Assembly: GCA_038087875.1 (NCBI GenBank)
Contig: CM075989.1
Span: forward strand, 3,410,001-3,474,000
DNA: 64,000 nucleotides
Reading direction: 5' to 3'
DNA from: Malacoraja senta
Taxonomy: Eukaryota
In this document: piece after piece, positions 34,988 to 48,900 of the stretch
How positions within the stretch are numbered: position 1 is the first letter of the stretch
How the letters are laid out: the number at the start of each line of letters is the position of its first letter
Position numbers and translations under genes: made by a program
Notes under the pieces: model-generated
What the model saw: only the letters and a program-made list of their open reading frames with translations
What the model was told of the DNA's origin: nothing
Database searches by the model: none

Positions 34988-35248
34988 AGCGGCACGGTGG
35001 CGCAGTGGTAGAGTTGCTGCCTCGGGTGCTGTGTGTGTATGGGGTGTGCACATTCTCCCTGTGACTGTGTGGGGTTTCTCTGGCTGCTCCAGTTTCCTGC
35101 CACACTCCAAAGATGTGCAGGTTTGTCGGTCAATTGGCTTCTGTAAATTGTCCCCAGTGTGTAGGATAGTGTTGGTGTATGGGTATCACCGGTCGGCGTG
35201 CACTCAGTCGGCCGAACAGCCTGTTTCCACTCTGTCTCTCAACTAAAC
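34988..35248 (+). mobile_element. tRNA-derived SINE lacking the B-box segment
   Basis: A-box present, with an internal deletion relative to the other copies. Confidence 0.75.
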
Positions 35249-38200
35249 TTCCCCAAAATTCTACCCTTCACCGACCCGAAGGCATTTTAAGTGCAGCCTC
35301 CAGATCTAGTATTTCACAAGAAGCAAAATAAAACTTAGAAAATTAGACTGATTCAAGGTGCACAGATACATTAGTGTGCAGTATCTTTTCAAGAAAGATT
35401 GCTATATCCAAAGCTGCCAATTGCCTCATTTAAAAGATATCAGCCAGACTCAAATATCAAATATTAGAGGGCATAGCTTTTAAGGTGAGATGGGATAAAG
35501 TTTAAAGGATATGTGTAAGGCAGATTTGCTTTTTAAACAATGTGGGTAGTGAGTACCTGGAACGCGCTGTCAGGGGTGGTGGTGGAGAAGAGATACAATC
35601 GTGGAATTTAAGACACTTCTGGATGGGCACATGCCAGTGCAGGGAATGGAGGGATATGGATTATGTGCAGGGAATGGAGGGATATGGATTATGTGCAGGC
35701 AGATACGAGTTGGTCTTGGCGTCATGTTTAGCACATACATGGTGGGTTCCTGTGCTGTACCGTTCTATGTTCAACTCATGCAGCTTTAATCTCGAGATAC
35801 AAACTCCAGGGTCTTCATATTTCCAGCCACTGTCATCAGTTATTATCAAATAATGAATCTACTCTGATTAAAGTGACATGCTGGGTGGTGTCACACATAC
35901 CAGCTGCCCTCCCCCATACCCATTCATCATAAGTGTACCACATTGATTATTGATTTGCAAGCTGTTTGACTGCAACCTATCTTAGCAATATTTGATATTT
36001 TTATAGGCATGCACATTTCAGAGATTACAGGATACACAAGTACCACCAATGAATTACTTTTTTACTCCTCTCGGACTGAAGTTGCAGATGTCAATAGCAG
36101 CGTCTGGATTTATACTTAAGAAGAGATCAAATAACTAATACAGACAGGGACAAGGTGTTGGGGTAACTCAGTGGGTCAGGCAGCATCTTTGAAGAACATA
36201 GATAGGCGATGTTTCAGGTTGGAACCCTTCTTTAGACTGGATAGGTAACCTTAGATCTTGACCTGAACCATCATCACCTATCCATGATTAGTTTAGAGTA
36301 CAGTGTGGAAACCGGCCTTTCAGCCAACCAAGTCCGTGCCAACCAGCAATCCCTGCATACTAACACTATCCGACACACACTAGGAACAATTTACAATTTT
36401 ACGAAACCAATTAACCTACTAACCTGTATGCCTTTGGAGTGTGGGAGGAAACCGGAGCAGCCTGAAAAAACCAACGCAGGTCATGGGGAGAACATACAGA
36501 CAGCACCCGTGGTCAGGATCTAACCCAGGTCTCCGGCGCTGTATGGCAGCAACTCTACCGCTGCACCACTGTGCCGCCGCATGTTCTCCAGGGGTGCTGT
36601 CTGATCGGCTAAGTTCTTCCAGCATTTCATGTCTTTTTTGCTGATTCCTAATTTCTTCAATACAGGTATGGATGCATGAGATACAGTGGCCTGGTAGCAT
36701 ACACCGTAAAATTTAATTTTAGATGTTTGATAATCTTGAGCCATGGCCAATCAGTAAAAAGCAAACTTTTATATTCCATTGGTGATGCTTTGATCATTTC
36801 ACTACATACCAGCGACTCTAGGGCTCATGAATATTTTTCACTACAGGATAAAGTATACCATTATATAGTACCAGTACCCAGTGGGGATTTATACTCTTTG
36901 TAAATGTTTTTTGTGACTGTTATTATTTATATCTTACATTATTTATACATTACCGGAAAGAAAGCAGGAATTTTGATCTCACAATAAGACTACCCTGCAG
37001 CTTGATTATTAATTAAATATTGTTTTAAATATTCATTTCACAACCAGGGTTATGAAAAGAGACCATCCTGTCAAAATTTTTTACATGATACAATATTAGA
37101 TTGAATAAATCAAAAGATCTTGCATTTATATTGCTTATTTCTTAACCTCGGGTCTTTCCAAAAAATGATAGCATCCAAAGTAACTGCTCCATTGTTGCAG
37201 TGTAGAAAATGCACCAATCTTTGCAAAATAATATCGACACAAAAAGCTGGAGTAACTCAGCGGGACAGGCAGCATCGCTGGAGAGAAGGAATGGGACGTT
37301 TCTTCAGACTGGTTAAGGATAAGGGAAACGAGAGGTACAGACAGTGATGTAGAGAGATAAAGAACAATGAATGAAAGATATGCAAAAAAGTAACGATGCC
37401 CGAGAAAACAGGCCATTGTCTCTATTAACATCAGTGATTATAAGATAAGATTAGCAGTTTTAGATAATCAGATAGTTGCGGGAATACCAGATCAACTGAT
37501 AAATGTATCAGGTTAAGATAGAGAATAACTGCAGCATTTGTTCCTATATTCTCATTCTTTTCTCACCTTACGCCACTCAATTCAAAAGCCATTTCTATTG
37601 GATCCAACAGTCATCATACAGCCTGGAATCAGGCACTTCGGCCCAACTCCTCCATGTCGACCAATATACCCCATCTAAGGTCCTACCTGCCCCCATTTGA
37701 CCCATATCCCTCTAAACCTTTCCTATCCATGTACCTGTCCAAGTTTAGATTCTATTAGCGATGCAGAGTGAATCAGGCCATTTGGCTCCCCACGTCCGCA
37801 CCGATTACCGATCACCCAAACACTAGGGACAACTCACAGAAGCCAATTAACCAGCAAACCTGCACATCTTTGGAATGTGGGAGGAAAGCGGAGCACCCCG
37901 AGAAAATCCAGGTGGTCTCAGGGAGAACGTACATACCTCATACAGACAGTTCTGATAGTCAGGATCGAACCCGGGTCTCTGGCGCTGTAAGGCAGCAACT
38001 CTACTGCTGCGTCACTGTGCCGCCCTATCTTTTAAATGTTGTTATGGTACATGCCTCAACTACAGTAAACACTTGTTTTAACGGATCTCTGTATAATGGA
38101 TTTTGGTTATAGTGGATGAACCAACCAACCTTCACCGCCAGGCTGAACTGCCGATGCCACCTCCCCGGTCGCTTCAAGGTCGTGTCTGTCCTGGACCGAG

Positions 38201-41200
38201 AGTCTGAAGAAGGGTCACAACCCAAGACATCATCTATCCATGTTCTCTAGAGAAGCTGCCTGACCTGTTGAGCTGCTCCAGCATTGTGTGTCCTTTTGTG
38301 TATTGTGCATCTGCAATTGTTTGTTTCTCCTACAGTAAACCCTTGTTATACCAGGAGGGGCGGGGGGGGGGGGGGGGGGGGGGGGGATGGTGTCCGTTAT
38401 TGCTGATTGTCTGCGAAAACAGAGTAAGGGATTATCATTGTATGAGTAATAGAACTGAACAACTGCAGCATCGGAAAGCGTATACATGAGGCGTTGCCTC
38501 TAGATGATGACATTTACCATCAAGGGTCACCACCATCTGAGCCATGCCCTCTTCTCAGAGCTACCATTGAGCTGGTACAGGTCTGAAGTTCACATAAGTT
38601 CATATAACTGTGTAGGAAGGAATGGCACACGTTGGTTTACACTGAAGATAGACACAAAGTGCTGGTGCAACTCTGCGGGTCAGGCAGCATCTCTGGAGAA
38701 AATGGATGGGTGACGTTTTGGGTCAGGACCCTTCTTCAGACTGAAAGTAGAATGGACGGAACTGGAGGTAGGAAAATACCAGAACAAATTAGATTTGTTT
38801 GCCGGCAACAGATGACCAAGGAAGGGTGAAGCCCACAATGGCCTATTGTTAGTTGGGGAAGAGGTGATAATGACAGGGATGCAGAGGCAACGGAGAAAAG
38901 TTCTACGTCATGCTGGGCTGGGAACTCATTGTGGAGGGAGCAGAGGGGTAACAAGTCTGGGTTAAAACATGGGCATAGAGCAGTAGGAATCACAGAGAGG
39001 GAGCAGCGAGAGTTGGTCTCACAGAACTTCCGTCAGAGAGAGGAGAACATCATCAAAGTAGACATACCTTGAGAGTTGTGGAGCAGACAAAATGTGTCGG
39101 AAGTCAGATTCATGAACTGACCTGCACAACCATAATCCTACTTGGTAACAGAACACACCAGACCACCTCTTGCACTACAATGGACCTGTTTCCTACTGGG
39201 TATTTTTGTCGTCTTTTTTCTCTGCACTGTCTTGTATAATCTGTTTACAAATGTGTTTGTTTTGTCTGAGTCTATGTGCCTGCGATGCTGCGGGAGGCAA
39301 GATATTCATGGTACCTGTACCTCACTATACTTGTACATATGGCAATAAACACAACATGACGCCTTCATTTACCATCTTTACCTTCTTTGCTGCACCATTA
39401 TCTCTTCAATCACTCAGCTTCATCTGCTGTCCATTCTACCAAGACCTTTTGTATTTTTCCTTTCTCTTCCCCTTTATTCTACTTGTACTTGCTTAAAACA
39501 ATTTTCTGTGTTGACAAAAGATACATTTTCTCCCTACAGGCAACTGCTGAGACTTGCTGAAATTTTTTAAGCAAGTGACAGTTTTCTTTCAGATCCACCA
39601 TAGTTTCTTTAGGAAATATACCCTCAGAATATGAAAGAGTATATCCACATGGCCACTGAATGCTTCAGGGCAGGTGACAAATTTCATCAAAGGCAATCTA
39701 AATAAATGACATGCTTCAAAACAAATAAATAACTTACCTCAAATGTTTCCAAGGCTTCACCGAAATCTAACCCTACGGTATAATTCACTGTCCTATTCTA
39801 ATTTGGTCCTTTACTGACCCACAAATGTAAGTATAATAAAGTTAGCAGCTATATCTTCAATTACCAAGACCCAAACTCTAATTCCTTCCCACCTCTTTCC
39901 TTGAGCTATCTACACTCTTGGACTATCTTTGATCGGACTTTAACTTGTACTAAACGTTATTCATGTTATTCCCTTTATCATCTATCTGTACACAGTAGAT
40001 GGCTCAATTGTAATCATGGATTGATTTACCGCTAACTGGTTAGCACGCAACAAAAGCTTTTCCCTGCACCTCGGTTGGTACATATGATAAGAAACTAAAC
40101 TCAAACTAAATTCAAATTCCATTTAAATGCCCCTGAAAACTTCCTTCGTTTACTGATTCTAATAAGAGCACAAAACGTAAGTAGCAGAAATGTGCCAAAC
40201 AACTTGGAAGTTTTGCTAATCAAAGAGATCAGTACTTATCTCATTTTTGATCCCAACTTTATTCTCTTCGTATGATCTCAAAGATCAACTACTCAACATC
40301 ATATGTCTCCGAGAGTTCAAACTTCCAAAGATTTACAACCTTCTAAGAGATGTATCCTAATTTCTGAAATCACTGACCCACCAATCTTCGCCTAATGGAA
40401 ACATCCGCACAACATTTATGCAAGATAATTCCCTCAAAAGGACTATCTAGGTTAGTCAGTCAGAACTGTTTTCCCCAGAATGGAAATGTCCAACACTCGA
40501 GGACATAGCTATAAAGTGAGAGAGGGACAGTTTAATGGAGATTTCACAATGAATGATGGGTATATGGAATGAGCTGCCAAAGGAGTTAGTTGAGGCAGGT
40601 ACTTTCACAAAGTTTAACAGCCATTTGGGCAGGCGCATGTCTAGGATAGATTTAGAAGCATATGGCCAATTGCAGACTGGTGGGGCTAATGTTAGTTGGT
40701 GTGGGCAAAATGGGCTGAAGGGCCCCTTCCACATTGTATGACTCAAAGATGTTTACACAAAGAGTGATGGAGGCCTAGAACACATTGCCAAGGGTGGTGG
40801 TGGAGGAAGATACAATACTGGCATTTAAGAGGCTTTTAGACAGGCACATTGAAGTGCAGGAAATAAAGGGATAATGATTATGAACAGACAATGTGAACAG
40901 ATCAGTTTAACTTGGGGCCTGGATCATAGCCTGCTGCGATCACAGCCGGCCAGCAAGTGGTGGTGGATGTGAGAGGAGTAAGACCGGACTCGAGGCCTGG
41001 GGCAGCACCTCCCCACTCTGGCGGAGAGGGCCAGAATCATAGAGTCATACAGCACGGAAACAGGTAATTCAGCCCAACTTGCCCATGCCAACTAAGATGC
41101 TCCTTCTACACTAGTTCCACCTGCCCAGATTTGTCCCATATCCCTTTGGATCTTTCCCATTCATGTACCTGTCCATGTGTCTTTTAAATATTGTTATATA

Positions 41201-41863
41201 GTATCTGCCTCCTCCAGCAGCTAACTAAATCTAATTCTTGATTCTCCTACTTTGGTTATCAAGAACAAGCAGATGAGATCAGTTTAACTTGGCATCATGT
41301 CTGGCATATCATTGTGGGCTGAACGTGCTGTTATATGTTTAAAACCTTACCTCTTTTGCCAATGAAAATATCTCTCATTTTTCTATACTCCAAAGAGTTT
41401 GTCCATTTTGCTCGAATTCATACTCGAAGGACAACCCATACATCCCATGAATCAAACTAATGAACATGTACTGCCCCACCTAAAGTCATCATTCCTTAAA
41501 GGATATCTTGAAAGCACAGTGCAAGAACATATGAATTGCTCTATTTTCGTGCGCAAATGCAGCTTCAAAAAATCTCAAGTAGCTCAATATTAGAAACGTA
41601 TATGAAACGATATGGCAGAGAAGATCAGCCATCAATTAATGAAAATGGGATTAGTGTAGATAGATAGACCAGAGTCTGTTTCTATGCTGTACGACTGTAT
41701 TCAGGTCAAAGCTGCAAAATTGGTTCTAATGCCATCAAACACCCTGAATCACCAGCACACTACAAAAGCAATGTGTACCATCTACAAAATCCACAAAAGA
41801 CAACATAGTGTTGGAGTAACTCAATGGGTCAGGTAGCATTTCTTGACCCACTGAGTTTCCAAC

Positions 41864-43850
41864 GGGAGTAAGAGGCGACCGTGGCTGACAAGGGAAGTCA
41901 GGGACAGTATAAAAATAAGAGTACAACAAAGCAAAGATGAGCGGGAAGCCAGAGGATTGGGTAATGTTTAAAAAGCAACAGAAGATAACTAAAAAGGCAA
42001 TACGGGGAGAAAAGATGAGGTACGAAGGTAAGCTAGCCAATAATATAAAGGAGGATAGTAAAAGCTTCTTTAGGTATGTGAAAAGGAAAAAATCAGTTAA
42101 GACCAAAGTTGGACCCATAAAGATTAAAAAAGGTTAATTTATTATGGGGAACAAGGAAATGGCAGATGAGTTGAACAGGTACTTTGGATCCGTCCACTAA
42201 GGAGGACACAAACAATCTTCCTGATGTACCAGTGGCCAGAGGATCTGGGGTGACGGAGGAATTGAAGGAAATCCACATTAGGCAGGAAATGGTGTTGGGT
42301 AGACTGATGGGACTGAAGGCTGATAAATCCCCAAGGCCTGATGGTTTGCATCCCAGGGTACTTAAGGAAGTGGCTCTAGAAATCGTGGACGCATTGGTGA
42401 TCATTTTTGTGGATTGGAGGATAGCTAATGTTATCCCACTTTTTAAGAAAGGCGGGAGAGAGAAAACAGGGAATTATTGACCAGTTAGCCTGAAGTCGGT
42501 GGTGCGGAAGATGCTGGAGTCAATCATAACAGATGAAATAGCGGCACATTTGGATAGCAGTAACAAGATCGGTCCGAGTCAGCATGGATTTACGAAGTGG
42601 AAATCATGCTTGACTAATCTTCTGGAATTTTTTGAGGATGTAACTAGGAAAATGGACAAGAGAGAGCCAGTGGGTGTAGTGTACCTGGACTTACATAAGG
42701 TCCCACATAGGAGATTAATGAGCAGAATTAGGGCACATGGTATTAGGGGTAGAGTGCTGACATGGATAGAAAATTGGTTGGCAGACAGGAAACAAAGAGT
42801 AGGGATTAACGGGTCCCTTTCAGAATGGCAGGCAATGACTAGTGGGGTACCGCAAGGCTCAGGGCTGGGACCGCAGCTATATACATCAATGATTTAGAAG
42901 AAGGGATTCAAAGTAACATTAGCAAATTTGCAGATGACACAAAGCTGGATGGCAGTGTGAACTGTGAGGAGGATACTATGAGAATGCAGGGTGACTTGGA
43001 CAGGTTGGGTGAGTGGGCAGATCCATGGCAGATGCAGTTTAATGTGGATAAATTTGAGGTTATCCACTTTGATAGCAAAAACAGGAAGGCAGATTATTAT
43101 CTAAATGGTGTCAAGTTGGGAAAAGGGGAAGTACAACGGGATCTGGGGGTCCTTGTTCAGCAGTCGATGAAAGTAAGCATGCAGGTACAGCAGGCTGTGA
43201 AGAAAGCGAATGGCATGTTGGCCTTCATAACAAGAGGTTTTGAGTATAGGAGCAAAGAAGTCCTCCTGCAATTGTTCAGGGTCCTAGTGAGACCACACCT
43301 GGAGTATTGTGTGTAGTTTTGATCTCCAAATTTGAGGAAGGACATTCTTGCTATTGAGGGAGTGCAGCATAGGTTCACATGGTTAATTCCCAGGATGGCG
43401 GGACTATCATATGCAGAGAGAATGGAGCGGCTGGGCTTGTATACTCCCGGAATTTAGAAGGATGAGAGGATATCTTATTGAAACATATAAGATTAGTAAG
43501 GGTTTTGACATGCTAGAGGCAGGAAACATGTTTCCGATGTTGAGGGAGTCCAGAACCAGGGGCCACAGTTTAAGAATAAGGGGTAAGCCATTTAGAACGG
43601 AGATGAGGAAACACTTTTTCACAGAGAGTTGCGAGTCTGTGGAATTCTCTGCCTCAGGGAGCGGTGGAGGCCGGTTCTCTGGATACTTTCAAGAGCTAGA
43701 TGGGGCTCTTAAAGATAGCGGAGTCAGGGGATATGGGGAGAAGGCAGGAACGGAGTACTGATTGTGGATGATCAGCCATGATCACATTGAATGGCGGTGC
43801 TGGCTCGAAGGGCCGAATTGCCTACTCCTGCACCTATTGCCTATTTTCTA
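41864..43850 (+). mobile_element. CR1 LINE (copy 2 of 6739-8771)
   Basis: Same RT motifs, with different internal deletions and stop codons. Confidence 0.96.
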
Positions 43851-45139
43851 ACATCAATAAGTGAATAAGGGTCTCAACTTAAAACGTCACCCTCAAAACG
43901 TCATCTATACATGTTCTTCAGGGATGCTACCTGACCCCGCTGAGTTACTCCAGCACTTTGTGTGTTTTTTTGTAAACCAACACCTGCAGTTCCTTGTGTT
44001 TACATACACAAAAGACAACTTGGTCAGCATATATAGATTTACTATTGTCATATGTACAGAGATACAATTAAAAAAATTGTTTTGAATGCTATCAAGGCAA
44101 ATCATACCACGCATGAGTACACCAGATATTGCAAGAGAAAATAAACAGTGCAGAATATAGCTGCATGCTATAAATACATATATATATACATATTTACAGA
44201 ATATAGCTGGACAGAATGGCCAGTTCCCATGTTGTATAGCTCTTCGACTACTACCGACCCAGAATAATCCAAAACTCTCATACCAAAAATGAAAAGAGAG
44301 ACAGGCACATGGGAATGTACTATGGTTCCTCTCCAAGCCACACCACCCTGACATGAAAACCTATTGCCATGTCTTTGGGTTGGCATCTTGGAAATCCATT
44401 CCCAATGGCCATGGGAATAATGGCCTTGGGAGTATGAAGGACTGTAGCAGTTCAAGAGGCAGCTCACCCCCACGTCTTAGAGTGTAGTCAGGAGAAACCA
44501 ATACTGACCTTTGAAGAACTTGTTAGTAATTTAAACTAGACACAAAAATCTGGAGTAACTCAGCAGGTCAGGCAGCATCTGTACCATCTGCTTTTCACTG
44601 TAGGTCAGTACACGTGACAGGACTCGGTAGTTTAAACTAAAGTCATCTCTGGAAAAAAGGAATAGGCGATGTTTCAGGTCAAAACCCTTCTTCTGACTGA
44701 GAGTCAGGGGAGAGGGAAACTAAACGTGTGAATTGGTACATTGACCAAATGAATGAAAGGTATGCCGGAGGACAAATCAAAGCCAGCAAAGATGGTCAAG
44801 GAAATGCGGAGCCCACAATGATCTATTGTTGGCTGCGGAGAGGGTGATAACGAGTGAAACCAACGAGTTGTTTTGTTCTGTGTAGGAAGGAACTGCAGAG
44901 GCTGGTTTAAACCGAAGATGGACACAAAATGCTGGAGTAACTCAGCGACACAGGCATCAGCATCTCTGGAGAGAAGGAATGGGTGACCCGTCTTCAGACT
45001 GAGAGTCCCACTGCCTGTCCCGCTGAGTTACGCCAACATTTTGTGTCGATGAGTGGTTTAGTTCTGATGGATGGCATCAGTGTGACCCCCCCCGCCCCAC
45101 CCCCACCCCCACTGATGCAGGCGCGCCCCCGCTCCCCAC

Positions 45140-45388
45140 CTGCTCCAGCAGCCGCGTGAACGCGCTCTCCATGACGTTGCGCTCCCGCGACACCACGGCC
45201 GCTCGCTGCAGACACACGGCGCCGCACAGCTGCCAGCCGCTCACCACCGGCCCCGGGCCACGGCTGCCCTCGGGCTGCAGTAAAGCCCGGGCCGCGGGGC
45301 CTGCGGATACGGACACGGACACGGACACTCCCCGGCCTGCGGACACGGACACTCCGAGCGCGGGCAACCGGCGCAGCGCTGCCGCCAT
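45140..45388 (-). CDS. MRPL46: mL46 coding exon 1 (copy 2)
   Basis: Same exon as 10061-10315 but 6 bp shorter (one SV repeat unit fewer) and with NGM changed to NVM; GT donor at 45139. Confidence 0.93.
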
Positions 45389-45881
45389 GTTGGCGATACC
45401 ACTCGTCTGTGGGGCGGGGGAGCTAGGGGAGAGGGTGCAACCCACAAAACCCAACAACAGCCCCAACCAACACCACTCCGCGTCCTAGCCCTTAGAACAA
45501 AATAATATCCAGCGTAATAGCGGTTGCCAACCCTCAGATCACAAAAAATCCTCTCATATTCCTGATTAAAACCGTGTTCCTCACCCACTCCCGCTGAGTT
45601 GGAGCAGTCTAAGCGCGACCAAGTGTTGCCTAGGGAGGGGGGGGGAAGACTAAATTTAAGACAAATTCGTTAAAATCTACTAAATTAGAAAGGAGGAATA
45701 TGAACAGAATATTGCAGACGGTAGTATGAAATATGCTTTCTTACTCTTGAGGATGAATGGGTGGAGAGTTGTGAGGACGTTGTCCATCTGGGCCGCGTCG
45801 CCCCCTGCCCGGCGGGTGGGCTAGTGTGTGGGGGAGGGGGAGGGGGGAGGGGGACGGCGGGTCGGGCAGCATCTGTGGACG
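45389..45881. promoter_or_regulatory. Bidirectional promoter (copy 2)
   Basis: Duplicate of 10316-10814 with a shorter G-tract. Confidence 0.85.
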
Positions 45882-45979
45882 ATGCAGGCGGCGGCGGCGA
45901 CGCGGCGGCTGCTGCTGCTCTGGGGCCGCGGCTTCAACCTCAGCCTCAGCCTCGGCCTCTCCCCGAGCGCGGCCGGCCG
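45882..45979 (+). CDS. MRPS11: uS11m exon 1 (copy 2)
   Basis: Duplicate of 10815-10912 with A7T; GTGAGT donor at 45980. Confidence 0.85.
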
Positions 45980-48900
45980 GTGAGTGCCAGCGCCTGGTGG
46001 GGCATGTGAGGGGGAGGCGGGTTGGACTCCAGGCAGCGTCGTGTGCGGGGTCACACAGCGAGGAAACAACAGGCCCTTCGGCCCACCTGGCCCGTGCTGA
46101 CCAAAGATAGACACAACATGCTGGAGTAACTCAGCGGGACAGGCAGCATCTCTGGAGAAAAGGGAATAGGTGACGTTTCGGGTCGAGACCCTTCTTTAGA
46201 CTGCCCATGCTGACCCATCTACACTAGTCTTACCCAAAGATCATAGTCTTACCTGCCCACATCACTCTAAACCTGTCCTATCCACGTACCTGTCTAAATA
46301 TGTAGGAAGGAACTGCAGATGCTGGTTTACATTGAAGTTATGCACAAAACGCTGGAGTAATTCACCAGGTCAGGCAGCATCTCTTTTAAATGCTGTTAAT
46401 TTGTGTTTATTGTGCGTTTTGTTATTTATTATTATATGTATGACTGCAGGCAACGAAATTTCGTTCAGACCGAAAGGTCTGAATGACAAATAAAGGAATC
46501 TCTAATCTCTAATGTCTAATCTCTAATCTCTCTATAGTACCTGCCTTTAATGACCTTCTCTGGCAGCTCGTTCCATGTACCGACCACCCTTTAGTTTAGG
46601 TAGGAAAGAACTGCAGATGCTGGTTTAAACCAAAGATAGACACATAAAGCTGGAGTAACTCAGTGGGTGAGGCAGCATCTCTGGAGAGAAGGGAATAGGT
46701 GACATTTTAGGGCGAGACTCTCAGTCTGCAGAAGGGTCTCAAACCAAAACATCACCTATTCCCTTTCTCCAGAGATGCTGCCTGACCCGCTGAGTTACTC
46801 CAGCTTTTTGTGTCCACCTTTTAGTTTAGAGATACAGCGCAGAAACAGGCCCATGCCGACTAGCACTATCCTACACACTAGGGACAATTTCCAAAGCCAA
46901 TTAACCTACAAACTTGTATGTCTTTGGAGTGTGGAAGGAGACCGGAGCACCTGAAGTATTAGTTACAGGGAGAGGTTGGACAGACATTTATTATTTTCTC
47001 AGGAACACTGGAAGTTGTGGGGAGACCTGATAAAAGTATATAAAATTATCAGAGACAATGGTAAGGTGGACAGTCAGAACCTTTTTCCCAGTATTGAAAA
47101 TTCAAATACTATAGATCATAGCTTTGAGAAGGGCAAAGTTTAAAGGAAATGCACGGGGCAAGTTTTTTTACGCCGGGTGATGAGTGCCTGGAACACACAG
47201 GGTGATGAGTGCCTGGAACACATTTAAACGTTTTTCAGATAGGCTCATGGATATGCAGGAATACGGGTCATGGGTAGTTAGGCACGGTGGCGCAGCGGTA
47301 GAGTTGCTGCCTTGCAGCACCGGAGACCTGGATTCAATCCTGACTACGGGTGCTGTCTGTACAGAGTTTTTGCATTCTCCCCGTGGCCTGCGTGGGTTTT
47401 TTTCCGGGATCTCCGGTTTCCTCTCACACTCCAAAGACGTACAGTTTTGTAAGTTAATTGGTTTTGGTATAATTGTAATTTGTTCCTAGTGTGTGTAGAT
47501 AGTGTTAATGTGCGGGGATCGCTGGTCGGCGCGAACACAATGGGCCGAAGGGCTTGTTTCCATACTGTATCTCTAAACTAAACTAAACTCTGCTGGACAG
47601 GCAGCATCTCTGGCGAGAAGGAGTGACCTTTCGGGTCGAGTCAGACTCTCAGCCTGTTTCGAAGGGCCTGTTTCCGCGCTGTATCTCTCAACTAAACTAG
47701 ATAAGTGATGGTCTTGGCATCATGTTCAGCACAGATAACATGGGCCGAAGGGCCTGTTCTTGTGCTATACTGTTCTATGTTCTACTCAGCAGGTCGAACG
47801 GCACATGTGGGAAAAGAAGCTCAAGGTCTCTGCGGACGGTGCAAGAGCACTCCACAAAGCAGTCACTCTTCCTGCATTTTTTTTTTCCAGTGTAGAGTTG
47901 ACCGCATTGTGAACAATGAATATTAGATTGGAGGAAGTGCAACTGAATCGATGCTGTGTCTGCTTTGGGTCACTGGAGGCAAGATGTTCAATTGTCATAG
48001 GTACCAATTACAGAACAATGAATTATTTCTCGAGCAACATAACAGCCCCGTAAACGCAATACACACAGATAAGATATAATAAACAAAAAAGATCAACAAA
48101 TTAATAACTACAATATTAATGCAATAAAACCCATAGTCAATGCAACCAAAAGCAATCCATAGAAGTTCATAGTTGAGGTTAGTGTTGTGCAGTATTCAAA
48201 GCTTGATGGTTGTTCGGAAGAAGCTATTCTTGAACCTGAAGATATGAAATGATAGGTAATAAAAAGGAACTGCTGATGCAGGTTTATACCAAAGATAGAC
48301 ACATGCTGGAGTAACCCAGCGGGTCAGGCAGTATCTCTGGAGAAAACGGATAGGTGACGTTTCGGGTCTGAAGATGGGTCCCAGCCCGAAAAATCACATC
48401 CATTTTACCAGAGATACTGTCTGGTCCACTGAGTTATTCCATCATTTTGTGTCTAAGAAAGGATCGGTGTTTGCTTCTCCTGCAGTTACATGGGGAAATG
48501 CCGTAAGACAATGAGTTGGGGACAGAAAAACAGAACAGGGAGTGATGAAAGAAAGGATGCTGAAAGGGGAGGGGTAGATGTGACCTGTGATGTTATATTA
48601 TTGAAGCTGGTGGATGATCTGATGAATATGGAGACCAGTGGGATGGAAGATGCGGACCAGAGCAATTCTATTCTTGCTCTTTCCAGATGGAAAGATTCTG
48701 AGAGCAGTGGTAAGGGAAATACATAAGGTGCAGTCAAGGGTTCTGTTCAGTATTGTAGAGGGGAAGTCGCAATTTGGGAGAAAAGAAGACATTTCAGAGG
48801 CGCAGGAAGCAGTAGCGCTGCAATCGTTGATGTATTGGAAAAAAGGTTGGGGCCCTGAGATTCTGAATGTCCCACAAATAGATGAAGTTTGTCCACATGC

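Noticed and set aside
34650..35246. 198 aa plus-strand ORF
   Set aside because: Runs antisense to MRPL46 exon 2 and through intron and SINE sequence; no recognisable homology.
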